The position numbers and the translations under genes are program-made. Shown here piece by piece: positions 39,400 to 52,915 of a stretch of DNA of 64,000 nt. The stretch is from Lytechinus pictus (taxonomy: Eukaryota): positions 14,200,001-14,264,000 of the forward strand of contig NC_087250.1 of NCBI RefSeq assembly GCF_037042905.1. The letters are read 5' to 3'. The notes below the pieces were generated by a model that ran no database searches, had not been told where the DNA came from, and saw only the letters and a program-made list of their open reading frames with translations. Position 1 is the first letter of the stretch; the number at the start of each line of letters is the position of its first letter.

Positions 39400-39596
39400 C
39401 ACCCTGGCTTTTGCAGAGCGATTGTTATGCGCTCTGTGTATTAATGAATACATGTAGATTCTTATGCTTTATTAGCCTCACCTGGGTTTGGTGCAGCTCA
39501 GCATTTCCTGCTGAGAAGGGGCACGCAATGGTTTGAATTGTGCCACATCCTCAGATTGCAGGGTGGAAGTCATGACCACTAGACCAGGATGCCCCC
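39400..39596 (-). mobile_element. Degenerate tRNA-SINE copy
   Basis: cacctgggtttggtgcagc..ttcctgctgagaa..accactagaccaggatgcccc aligns by eye with 44070-44297. Confidence 0.5.
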
Positions 39597-42500
39597 TCCC
39601 AGGCGAACATAAGACAATGAAGCCTTTGAAGTGTTATAATGATGAATATATGACAGTTAAAAAAAGTTAAAAAAAAGATATCTACGATTAGATTGACTAA
39701 GAAAAAAAAAAGTTTAATAGGACACAGAAGTAATAGAGGCACTTCTGCCACTCTCTCCATTGGGGGCATGTGAGCACACACCGGACACGCTCTCATGCGT
39801 ACACAGGACTTCATGTACATGTCAGATCGAAAATTGCTCACAAATACTATTTCATCATTAACAAAGTCAGGGAACGAATGGTGCTTTCAGCTAGTAGTCG
39901 CAGTCAGTCATTACTTCGATTAAGCTGGCAACAGTGAGTTTCGATGCTTATTATGGCTGAAAGGAATTGTGAAACGGGGGCGGGGGATGAGTAGGGTTTT
40001 ACAAAATGATGCGATAGAAAAGGTATTGTCTCCTGTACCAATAACTTGCCAATTGCAATTGTCGGGAATGATATAGAGGATATCTCGAAAATGAGCTTTC
40101 ATAAAGTGTTATGTAATGAAGTTGAGCAGTAGGTTTGAAAATTGTCTGTGTTCACGGCTCACACATGGTAAAGCTCCATAAATTTGATGGGTTGAAATTA
40201 TTGGTTCATTGTGCAGATTTCTATACATTATCACACAATCACTAGAATAACTCTGGCTCGAAGCATTGTATGCGATAACAATAGCCGGCCACCCCTTTTA
40301 TGCAAAGGAAGGTCTTTGCTCAGGTTTTGATTGCACAAACATTGATCAAATTCATAGTCATTTCACAGTGCTGTATACACAGGTATACACAATTCCAGTT
40401 TTGTTCCACACACTGAATTGTTTTACAATTCATATTAAGTAATGTTATGTGCACCGGAATGTTTATCATCGCTGAAATTGTTATGAAACATACTGATAGC
40501 ATATGTCACACAATGTGAATGGGCAATACAAAATATTATACCAAAAAAAGAACAAAAACAAGAACAACAAAAAACTGAACAGGCAGCAAGCAACCACAAT
40601 ATGCTCACATGTATAGGTGCATTTAGATACAGATAATGTACATATGTACACAAATATATATGTAATTTTGGTGGTTTAGTAAGGGTGGTGTAGAAATGAA
40701 ATCAGAGATGGCATTTTGCTGGGCCAATTGTGATTATTATTTATTTCTTTGGTTTTATTATGCTAAATTTTCACTTTTTCTACATTTATATATTCATGTG
40801 CCCCTTAGGGCCCCTGCACTTATTTGACCTCGCTAAGGGATTTGATATGAGCAATTCATATGTAATTATATGATTATAAGCAATTTATCCCTATAGGGGG
40901 CAAATAGGGTGCCAGTCGAAATTTGAACATGTTTTTACGCAAAATCTGATATGATATATTGGGCTAATACCCGGTGAATGCTAGCATTATTCACCATTTC
41001 GTTTTGTCCTTTTCTCTTTCTTGTTGCGTTCGTGTAAACGTTTGGGGGTCTAAGCCCCCAGCCATAGGCCAGTTGCAAGACGACTGCACTTTGTTGCTGG
41101 GGATGGAACGACTTGGAGACTAGATGAGAGGGCAGCTGATCGCTGGTAGCTGGGCATGCAATTAGGTACCCAAGGACACAGGCATGTTGGTGTCAGACTT
41201 GAGCACATGCAGAGACACACAACGAGATGCATGGACTTTTCCCGCATATGAGAAAGAGACCAGCACCAGTCGTGGATGTTTCTCTCAATCCTAATATTTC
41301 GGGGTTTCCTAGTGACATCATTGAACACAGTGGTCAGAAAAACCTCTCTGCTGTACTCAAGATCATCATGAAATGGACCACCCCCCCTCCAGGAGATCAG
41401 AGCATGGCTCACATCTTGATACTATAGGGTGTCCGTCATAATGAAAAGAGCTACCTAGAAATCAATTTGAGGGGGTTTGAATGGCTAAATAATAAGAATT
41501 ACAACTAGAATGGTGTTGTAGATGGCAAATCATAGTTAAGCACTAATATAATTTGGGGGCTAGTCTGATCCTCTGAGAATTGGACCCATTAGCCATGGGT
41601 CGGGACGGTAATGAGAAACATCCAATTTGAATTTGTCTCTTTAGCCGAAATTTCACATTTTTTATTGATTGATGAAATTCGGACTTGGAGGTTTTGGGGT
41701 GTGTCCCATCAACAGTGCGGTCCAAATGTGGTCCAATTTAACAACTTCTCTTGAGTAAGCTTAGCTAAAAGAAACCTCATTTACTTTGACTACAATTAGA
41801 TAACAGGATTCGGTCGGATGAAACGTCCGACATGGCCTTTCATGAGACATTCCTTGAGGTACCCATTTCAATAAAATGGCTGTTCGGTAACCCAACTTGC
41901 CATTCACAGAACCAACCATAACTCTCGCAAGAGATAGCATTTATTTGTTTGAATAAAGGTCAGATATCATAAATTGGATCTCTGTAAGGCCTCGAATGTG
42001 GTCATTGAATTGGTATACATGTAACATGGTTCAGAATAGAGATCATTTGCAAAATACACAAGTGCAATATAGTGAATCAAATTATTCCCCGGGTAGGACA
42101 GTGGTCTGTGGTTCGGTGGTGGAGCAAGTCTCGGTCGCACCTACCATAACACAGGTGGGCCATAAGGGAATTTATCCAGCATAACCCCTCCAAGTGAGGA
42201 GGCACTGCCATTGCGTCCTGTTGGTTTTTGCCCTTATCTCCTCCGTGCCCCAGTGCCACGTGTCCTCCCATTGCGGCGGACATTTGTCCGCCGATTCCCC
42301 CACTTTCCGTGTTATTGGGGATGCACCTAGGGTGATTACCACCCTATCTATTCTAGGATTAATCATGCAATATGTCTTAGCCCAAATGTCCACTAACCAC
42401 TGGATATTACCAGTGAAATGAAAAAAAAGAAGAAAAAAAAAAGAATCAGAAGTCGCAAGGCGCGGCTGTCCCTGTGGTGACATGCATAATTTAAAAAGAA

Positions 42501-44069
42501 AGAAAAAGTGGACTTCTACTAAGACAGGAGAACAAAATACACTGTTTTTGGACATACCTTTTGAGAGGATACTGATTTTCTTGGAAGAATCTCGCTCATA
42601 AAGGCTGCATGAAAACGATTGTGAACGGTGTGTTAAGCCTTTTCCAAGCTTTTTTGTTCAGTTCCTCCAAATTTACTACATGTATTTAATCCTGAGATAA
42701 TTGTATCAGGTGGAATTTGTTTATTTTAACTTCCAAGATGGAATGTTCTCTTACAAGCCGTTTGCATTAATGCACAGGGCACTCCTGTAAATTTATGTTT
42801 GGATACGCGGAGCTGGGAATAAGCAGCTCCATGCCAATATATTGGGCAGCTTTATTTGCAAACATGACAAACTGATGTATGCCTCAAATTCATTTAACAT
42901 ACAAAGGGGCAAAAAAAAAATTGGGTGGAAGGTTTGTGTTCAGAAACAAATTGTTTGAAACCTGACAGATTACCAATATTAATATCAAAGTATATGCTCC
43001 AAAGATGTTGATTACCAAGATTTAGGGGAAATACCCTTGGGAACTACTATCCTGCGGGTGGGTCACGTGATCAACAGCCCCATGGAGGAGTTACTACCCT
43101 CCTGGTGTTCACGTGACCATATCTTTCAGTATGCCACAGTTCTAATGCATATGTAGTCTTTTGTTATGTCTCACGACATTATTCAGATTGTGTTGATGTT
43201 CATTACCTTTTATGTTATTTAGGCATATCGCCTATCATGTGTTTTGATGCCTCGTATGGAATTAAATGACAAGCAATGGCAAATTATTTGTACACTTGTT
43301 TTCTTCTCAAAAATACCTTTGTTAAACCAATTCATTTTCCCTTTATTCCAAATTTACTTGGAATATAAGAATATTTTAATTGTTCGCGTACTCAGTAAAA
43401 AGAATAGTTTTCATGAGTAATGATTAATCCTTCACAGTAAATTTTAACTATGTTTAATCCCCCCAAAATTGTTTTTAAATACTCTATTAATGAGGCTTTT
43501 ATATTTCATTTTTACACAAAATTCCTGTCGTGGGAGGGGTTATCATAGGTACATCAAGGGGGCGAAGCGGCGGCCCGCCCCATATTAGCGGCGCAAAATA
43601 GGAAGGCGAGGAGAAAAATAAGAAGAAAGATAGGACGAGGAAGAAAATTAAATGATGGAAGGAAAGGGGAATAATTGGAAAAACGAAAACTTTCAGGTGA
43701 AAGTATAAAAATAAAAAATTCGCTCGCGCTTTGCATTAATACACAGCCATCTCTTTATTTCAAAACGTGCTTAATTTTTTTTTCACTTTTTAGATCAAAA
43801 TATATTAAATCAAATCATTTATTTTGGAAGATATGCATCTTTTTCATAATTTGTAGGTTTAAATCTTAAAAAAAAATTAGCTCGCGCTTTTCGCTCGCAT
43901 TGCTTATTGAGATAAACTGCTTGTTCTTTATTTCAAAGGTGCTTAAAATATCCAGTTTTTAGATCTGAATATAAAAAGATACATTTCGCGCTCGCATCAG
44001 TAATATGGTTGAGTCACATACTATCCTGTTTATTGCTATAAGGTGAAAAGAAGATGACTTTTTGGTATG

Positions 44070-44297
44070 TGCTCAAGGTGTTCCTATATTACCCCGGCTA
44101 AGCTAGTCAACCGATTCCGGTGCGCACAGCTTTTTGAGGAATTACTTCCTGCCGTTAACCATTTACCTCACCTGGGTTGAGTGCAGCACAATGTGGGTAA
44201 ATTTCTTGCTGAAGGAAAACACGCCATGGCTTTGAATTGAACCTACGTCCTTCAGATTGAAAGACGAGAGTCTTAACCACTAGACCACGACGCACCC
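44070..44297 (-). mobile_element. tRNA-derived SINE, same family as 21073
   Basis: Reverse complement: GGGTGCGTCGTGGTCTAGTGGTTAAG..GGTTCAATTC..GCCATGGCGTG..CCTTCAGCAAGAAATTTACCCACA. Confidence 0.85.
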
Positions 44298-45896
44298 ACA
44301 AAGTAATTATAAGTAACATTTTGTGGGAGAAATGTGCTGATAAATTAAACTTACCCTTTTTAAAGGAAATATCTTGGAAACAAGTTCATATAAGAATAAA
44401 TGTGACTAACATAAGAAAAAGCCGAACAATTGTTAAACCATATCATAAGTTTATTTATTATTATTATGATCTCACAGGGTAGGGAAACGGGAGTACCTTC
44501 AAATGTAAACGAAATTAAAGAAGAATAGAAAATAGAAGAAAAGAGAAAAGGCTTGTAATAGAAAGGGAAACTTTGTCATTTCACCCTAGGAAATAGGAAC
44601 ACTTTGAAGAATCAGCCTCACAACCCTCTAAAGTAGCAGTCCTCCCTGTTACAAGCGATAATATCGCATAATCGCATACAGCATACGCATACAGCAACGC
44701 ATTATGTCACACCAACGCATAATGTCACACCAACGCATACTGTCACATCAACGCTTAATGTCGCAGATTGCGATATGCCAAGAGCGTCCAACGCATAATG
44801 TCGCAGCAAATTTATAACGCATAATGTCACACATCACAACGCATAATGTCACAGCGGTATTTGCTTCATGACTCGAGTTGCAGATAAGAAAACACGTTTT
44901 CACTTTTTTTTCTGTTCAAGCTAACGTTTTTGAAAGTGTGTGTGTTTGGGGCAGGCGCTGGTGCAGGGGAGTGGGCCCAGTATCGAATTCATTATCAGTA
45001 GGGGGGAGGTGAACATGTATTTTTTTTTACTTATTTTGCGAGAGAGTGAGGTCAATGAATACCTTTTTATGGTGTTTCAAAGATAATTTCAAATACAAAT
45101 GTAACTATATATCATCGCTGTTCACAACGTTTTAATAAAGAAATAATATTTCATATTGTTGATCGGAATTGTTATCGTAGGAACAATATTTTTTAAACCG
45201 CAAATTTCCCGGGGGTAGGGGACCACATTGAAATAATTACATGGCCCTACTTAGCTGTTGGGGGGCACAATGGCAATTCCTGTCTGACAATAGGATATTA
45301 CTGAACAATGTGCATAAAATTCATGGGTCAAGCTAATGCCTGATAAAATGTATTCTATAAAACTAGGTATCCAAAGATCTGGCATATTTCCAGATTTCCT
45401 TGAACATCTTTTTTTTTCGTCTATCGTTCTTTCTTAGGGGCACTGGCCCTTCACCCTATTTCCTCTTTAATATATAGCTTTCATTGAAACCGATATCCCT
45501 AACCCTTTATTTTTTTCTTTCTCTCTCTCAGTATGATTCGTTCCCTCTTCTTTCCAGTTCCCTTCCAACTATATTCATTTGTCTGGGAGGGGGCGATCGA
45601 TGGTCTTTCGGCTCCCAGATTCAAAGCTTGGCGGGGAAATTCACGACCCCTGTTTTATTGCTGGAAGGAATAGATCTAACTTTATGTGAGTCAATGCACT
45701 TTCAACCGTTTTCATTATCCTCTTCCTCTTATTTCTGTATCATATATTTCTACCCTGTCCCTTATGTATTCATTTAGTTTTCATATTTGCTTACCTTACC
45801 ACTCTCTCTATCTCTCTCTCTCTCTCTCTCTCTTTTGGTTGAGACACAAGAAAGAGAATTAAGTGATTTGGATTACTCTTTGTATGGATATTTATC

Positions 45897-46677
45897 CGTT
45901 TATTTTCCATTTCGTCTACTGCCATTTTGTCCACTATCACATGGTCTAATATAATTTCATCTACCATTAGTTAGTCAAATATCAATATAGTCCAATCACC
46001 ATTTCGTCCAATCACCATTTCGTCTAATAGCCAGTTGGTCTTATAGCCATTTTATTATCATTTGGTCTAATTGTATTTTTTTGCCAATTGGTCCAATAGC
46101 CACTTTGTCCAATATCATTAGGTCTATTACCTTTTGGTCTAATAGCAAACTGGTCTAATAACCACTTGGTCTAATTTCATTTCGTCCATGTTCCATTTGG
46201 TCTAACTGCATTTGTTCCACTCTCGCTTTGTCTAAACCCATTTCAGCTAACAATCATTTGGTATCGTTGCCATGTGGTCCAATCGGTAAATTGCCAATTC
46301 GTCCCCTGTCAATTTGTCGACTCACCGCATGGTCTACCTTCCTTTAGTCTAATGCCATCAACATTTCGTCTAACAACCATTTGGTCCAATCATCTCTTCG
46401 TCTAATCACAATTTCGTCTATTACCATTTTGTCTTATAACGAGTTGGTCTAACACTCATTTTCTTTTCATTCATTTTGAACAATAAACACTTTAGTTTAA
46501 TTACACCAAATATTGTATGGACTAAATGGCAATTGGACCAACTGGTTGTTAGACGGAATGGCATTAGACTAAATGAAAGCAGACCATGTGGTGAGTAGAC
46601 GAAATGATGATGGACCAAATGGTAGTAGACGAGTTGGCAATTGGACGAATCGACATTAGACGAATTGGAAATAAACC
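45897..46677. mobile_element. Small foldback element of TTGGTCTAAT/TTCGTCTA repeats
   Basis: About 16-17-bp degenerate units invert polarity near 46500; ends gtttattttccatttcgtcta / tagacgaattggaaataaac. Confidence 0.6.
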
Positions 46678-47156
46678 CATCCAATCACCTGGGTCCAACC
46701 ATCGATAGATCCAATTACCTTCTCGTCTACTCATCATTTCGTCCAATATTCATTTCGTTTTATACTGGCACTGGCCCTATACGGTGACTATTATGTATCA
46801 TTGCCGATTTGTTAAAATACTACTCCTGATTTGTGGTTCAGATCAGCTCACGCACGCAAAAAATAACCCTCTTCCATCTGCCGACAGGGGAATATATAAA
46901 TGAATGAACATTTCTCGAGCTCCCCCCCCCCCCACAATAAGCAAATGATAGATCCGCAAATTGGTAGGGTCTATACTTGATGCGTTACTCGTCAAAAAAA
47001 AATATGTGCTCTTGGTTTTCAAATCCCCCTTGAGAAATCTTCGATCCGCGCCTACGGTAGTAATTATTTTACTATTACTTATTTTATGATCATTATAACT
47101 ATACTCTTATCATTTTTATTAGTAGTGTTATGATCATTACTAATAGTAGTAGTAGC

Positions 47157-47197
<41 letters not shown>

Positions 47198-47659
47198 AGC
47201 AGTGGCGGCGGAGCAAAGTTGAAAGTGAGGGGGGCAGAGCAAAAGGGGCACAATTTCTTTCGAAAAGGGCAATATCTTCAAACAAAGAAAAAGTGACTTA
47301 ACGGTGGGGGTAATGGGCCAAAATTTTGAGGGGGGCTAGATATGTCCTATCACGTAAATTTGAAAGAAGTTGCGAGCGAAGCAAGCGAGCAATTTTTCTG
47401 ACATTTTTATAACGAAAATCAAATTTTGTGATAGATTTTGAACAATTTTATCATATTTCACCCTCCTCTCTTTCCTTTTTCTCCTTTTTTTCTTGGTCGT
47501 GAAAAATTTGGGGAGGGGGCAAGAGCCCCCCCCCCCAGCCCTTCATCTGTACGCCTCTGCTTATCTACCCCACTCACATGACTCATGAAGCTTAAGGCCG
47601 GTAGGATTATCCTTACAAGTTTTGTAGTAACATATAAAAATTAGACTATTGTTTCTTGT

Positions 47660-48255
47660 TTCAAAGGGGCACTCGTTAACACGTACACCCTATGGGTCCT
47701 TCTCAGGTGGAAGGGGCACAGAAGACGTTCGTGTGGAGCACTTTTCTTGGGTAAAAGGGGGGACTAATACGAGATAGGGCACTTACAAGAAGGCAAGGGG
47801 GCACTTGCTCAAACATAAAACGGGTGATTCTCAGGTGAAAGGGGCACAGTACAACGCTCGTGTGGAGCACTTTTCTTGCCTAAAAAGGGGGACTAATACG
47901 AGATAGGGCACTTACAAGAAGGCAAAGGGGCACTTGCTCACACAAAATACGGGTCCTTCACGGGTGAAAAAGGCACATAACACGTTTGTGAGGGGAACTT
48001 TCCTTGGTTGAAGGGGGCACGGATTCGAGACAGGGCACTAACAAGAAAGCAATGAGGTACTTGCTCACACATAAAACGGATCCTTTTCGGGTAAAAGGTG
48101 CACAGAACACGTTCGTGAGGGTTTTTTTTCGGTAAGAATTGGCAGTGATACAATAAATAGCACTTGCTAACACATAAAACGAGTCCTCCTCAGGTGAAAG
48201 GGGCACAGTACACGTGAGGGGGGCATTTTTCCTCGTACAAAAAGGGCACTTTTTA
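47660..48255. repeat. ~128-bp tandem repeat (4-5 copies), GGGCAC-rich
   Basis: ggactaatacgagatagggcacttacaagaaggca at 47761 and 47890, with diverged copies beyond. Confidence 0.75.
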
Positions 48256-51200
48256 GTGCTTCAGAAATTGGGGGTATTGTGCCCCCGCCCCTAGAATCGC
48301 CACCCCTGAGTAGTACTAGTAATGATAGTAGTAGTAGCAATACTGTTAGGGGCGGAACCAGCTTTTTACAACAGGGGGTAGGATTTACTTTTAACCCGAT
48401 CGGCTGCTATGCCTGAGCTGTTTTTGTTAGTTTCTCTGAAGGGGTAGTCCTAACAGTGATTTCTTGATTTTATTCTTATAAACTAGATGATTAATCTGAT
48501 TTTTTACAAACGGAACACTCGATTCATATTTTGTAACATGAAAAGAATGGGTTTTCTTCCTAAATGAACTAGGCGAGCGCAAAGCTGAAAATTGATAGTG
48601 ATATTCCGATTTGAAACTGCAGATTTTAAGCACATTAATTATAGAACAATTTGTGTTACTCAACAAACAATAAGAGCTGTTTTCTTTTTTTTGGTATAGA
48701 CCTTATAACGGGGCATTCTGAACTCATTATCATAAAAATGGTGGATATCTTCCTAATTAAATCATACGAGCGCGGAACGTGAGCCAAAAAATTATAGTAT
48801 ATGGAAGAATTTATATTTTCCACGTCTTTCCCTCACCATGTTTTATTTACTTGTCTTCCTTCTCTTATTTTACCTCTTCTTTTGTCTCCCTCCTCTCCCT
48901 TTTTCTCCCCCTTCATTTTTATTGCGCCGCCAATAAGGGGGGGGGGGGCCTTCGGTCTCGCTGGATCCGCCAGTGTACTATTATTCTTATTAGTATAATC
49001 ATTAATTACTGTTATTATTATTAACAATAATAATATACGATATCAATATTAATTTTAATATTGATATTATTGTTATAATTAAAATTATTATTAATTATTA
49101 TGATTCATCATGTATACTATGATGTTCGACGGTAAATTATTTTGGGGATGAATACACAGGCCACCCCTCTCCGAAAATTGAAGGGGGATATTTCGATCTC
49201 AATCCATCTGGATTTACGCCCGTAGAATCAACACTCGCGTACGCATGGTCAGAGATGAGATTAGAATGGAGAAATTTCGTTGAAATACACATAATACATC
49301 ATTATCACTAACAAGCCCGGGTATGAATTATATTGGCATTACAGACCATTAATTATTTCACCCTTCAATGCCTGAAACAGAGAATGGAATATGTATTAGG
49401 TACAATCGGCCGTCTGACAGGAGGAGTGAAACTAGGGTACTCACTTTTTCTTATTTGAATAAAAATAAAGTTAAAACAAAATATTATATGGTTAATGAAT
49501 TGGTGTAAAATATGTTGCAGTAGAATATATCCATACCCACACACACATACACCCCCCACACACACACACACTCTCACCTTCATAACCCTTCCCTAAACAT
49601 ACACAATCATACACCCTAACACACTCCACACACACTTAAAAAAAAACGTTCAGATGAAAGAACTTGAACAAAATACTGAGTGAAAACATACTTCATATCT
49701 TATCTGTAACTCGAATCCTGAAGCAAATACCGTTGTGACATTATGCATTGCGACATGTGACCTTGTGCGTTAGAAAAGTTGCGACATTATGCGTTGACTG
49801 CGACATTATGCGTTGGACGCTCCTGGCAAAATGTCGCAATCTGCGACATTATGCGATGCTGCGACATTAGCGAGTTTTCGCAAACCTCTGGAACGCGACA
49901 TTAGGGTCCGGTTACACAAAAGTTATAGATTAATCATAGACTCAATTTTCAAGATTGATTGTGTATTATAGTCAATAGAATCGAACGTAGAAAGCTGTTC
50001 TACAATCATTGCTATTAAGCTTTGTGTTACAGGCCCTATAGATCTGCTTTTCGTGTGCAAAATTCTTTCATGCGATACCAGCATGTCATTCCAAATTGTT
50101 GAAATCCCGCTTTCATGCATGTACGACTGGTTATCATAGCATATGCCTGCCTGAGCTCGCGACGGGACTGTTCTATCATGACTACCTTGACTTCAGTTGG
50201 CTGGGGATATGCGAAATGTAGATTATGACATGTATAAGAAAGTGGTTTTTCAAACAAATCGAGTAATATTGAGTGAGGAAAAACTTACTGAATTCAGAAT
50301 TAGATATAAATCATTACAGTCCATCGAATCGATATTGTATCTAATGTGGATTATTGGTGGATCACTGGCAATTGATTCCATGCGTCAGATCACCTCTCCA
50401 GCTAAACCATTTCGCATGCGTTGACATGTACATAGCTTATGCAATAGGCCTATCCGTCTGAAACTCATCCGACTTTGCGGGGTTTTTCCTTTCCTTGCTC
50501 CTCCTACACAAACGATATGCCTCTAGCACACAATGTAATGGGCATTATGTTTTACTTTCCCCCGTAATGGGGGATTAGATTCAAATTTTCGGGGGGACAA
50601 TTTCCATTGACGAGTGGATACCAGGCGCGACCATGGGTTTTCGAAAAGCACTCTAAACAAGGGAAGCAAGTCTTTTCAAGATCATGAAAATGCAAGCCCT
50701 TAACAAGTATTTGGCTTGTGAAACTCTTCAAGTATTGGAAATGTATCCCTTTTTCAGTATCTTAAACATCGTTTTTGACACCCTTATAACGTTACATATG
50801 GTCCTATACGTAATGTACATGCCCACTCTTTCCCTTTTTACGCGTGGTCGCGCCTGGTATCCAAATGTGGCTCTGGAATGTCGTCCTAAATCGATATGTC
50901 GCTGTTACCATAGTATTTTGCACACGAACCGCAGATTAATGTTTCCGTTGCAGATGCGAAAGCTAAACAAAATCCTCATGTCACATAATTTAAATTGCAG
51001 GACAGTCCTTTACGACGGGCCCAATAGTCTCTTCCAAAATCATCTACCGTCGCAAATATGCGTTCGCGTTCTCCAGCGAAAAGTTGGGATTATCGGTTGT
51101 AACACTCCCTAGATGAGGTCCGGTTTTTTTGTTTTGTTTGTGTTGTTTGTGGGGGTACATTGGGAGAAGCGTGGGAGAGTGTGTGTTTTATTATAACTTT

Positions 51201-51811
51201 CTCTAATTAGTTTTATTCTATGGTATTGTGAATGATAAAAATAATGTTTAACTTGAAACTTGTCTATTGATTATAAGTATGTTTGGGCCTTATAATCATG
51301 TTCAGAGAGATTTCTATAAAATTTTATTTTGTATTACATGTACTATGCCTTGTGATTATAAATTGTAAAAGAAATATGTACGGATTAATTCTTATTACTT
51401 TTTACCTTTGGAATAATTGTTTTAAATTCTTTTGCGTGAATTCTGATTCAATTATGTTAATGATTTGGTAGTATTCAATATTTTCATATGTTATGTATGA
51501 GGAAGAAATAAAATATGATTTTAAAACAAAAGATTTACACTGTTCAAATTTTAGATGTGAGACTACATTATTACAAAACAATATGAGCATTTTTTTTTTG
51601 TAATTTCCAACTAAATCAAATCAATTTTAAGGAAATATGGGGGAAAGGTGTCCATTCAACGAGTGTAAATGTGTTAAAATGTGAAGGCTCCCCTCCCCCG
51701 GAACTGGATCTATATACGATTTAAACGGTTGTCAAAATAGGTATACGTTTGTGGTTTTAATGGTCGTTTGAATGAGCCTTAAACTTTTTGACTCTGCCAT
51801 AAGTTATTCTA

Positions 51812-52795
51812 CAGTGCGTATCAAAAAAAAAGTTTACACTTTGAAAAAGCCCTGGGAATTAAAAAATATACAACATGTGGGTAATTCTTTCACATATAAT
51901 CTTGGGTTTGGGTCTCATCTATCCAATGGAAGTAAAGGTTTTGACAGAATGTTACACTTGATTGAGCACTGTCCATGTTCGCAGAAATCTGTTTGCGTTG
52001 CGAAGAAATGCTTGTTTTCACGTTGTGTCAAAGGTAAAAGGCGAAATCAAACTTACCCTGCGAAACATTTCTCATACATGTCCCTTGCCCTTTTAGTCAG
52101 TTGAAATAAAACGGATACATTCAAGCATTTTGCAACAATTTTGCCACCAGAATTGAAATTTCAACACTTAGTAAGCACAACCTTTACCCTTTTTGTGCCA
52201 GCTGGATCTGAGGACATAACTGAATCTGAACAAAAGTTTATATCAGACATCTCCAGCATTTTTTCACTGCGTTGTTATCATTTAAAGTGAATTTACATTT
52301 CTTTTTTCATTTAATACTTGTTTCTTCACACTTTTCCAAGCTTGACAATGATTAACAAAATGAAAATCAAGCCTAAGCCATTTCATGTAAATCACAGCTC
52401 AGTGTAAACCAAATATCGTCACGATGTCCTTGGTGTGTGGGGGAGTGGAGTGGGGCGCAATGCACTCTTCAAAGTGTTTTGGGCAAGGAAACAAGTTGAA
52501 AAAAGGTAAAAGATGTCTTTAAATCAATTTTACTAGCTAAATTCCACATGTTCTTCATGATTAAGGTCTACTTTTATTCGCATAACTATTTCAAAGTTCT
52601 GCGCAAATAATTTTTCACTAGCCTTTCAAAAGTAAGTGGTGCTCACTCAAGCGGAAATATTTTTTAACAGTTATATCATCATTTGCTTAAATGGATCTAT
52701 ACCAATGTTAAAATGTGGAAAAATCTTCAGGATATTACAAATTTATAATTTCACAGGATTGTTTCTAAGTATAAACTTTTTTTTGATACGCACTG
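51812..52795. mobile_element. Tc1/mariner-like MITE with TA TSD
   Basis: TA-CAGTGCGTATCAAAAAAAAAGTTTA ... TAAACTTTTTTTTGATACGCACTG-TA. Confidence 0.88.
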
Positions 52796-52915
52796 TATAG
52801 TCCAAACATTGACTTATTGAGTAACATTTGCACTAAGCACCTTTCAAATGATATGATTCTTATTATTAATTCCCCCCCAAAAAAAAAAAAAAATAATAAT
52901 AATAATTATAATAAT

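Larger units (their letters stand above)
44647..49916. mobile_element. 5.3-kb foldback element with (CAACGCATAATGTCGCA)n arms
   Basis: Left arm 44655-44855 is the reverse complement of right arm 49730-49905, including a shared aatgtcgcagattgcga..gagcgtccaacgcataatgtcgcag block; TGT..ACA termini. Confidence 0.7.
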
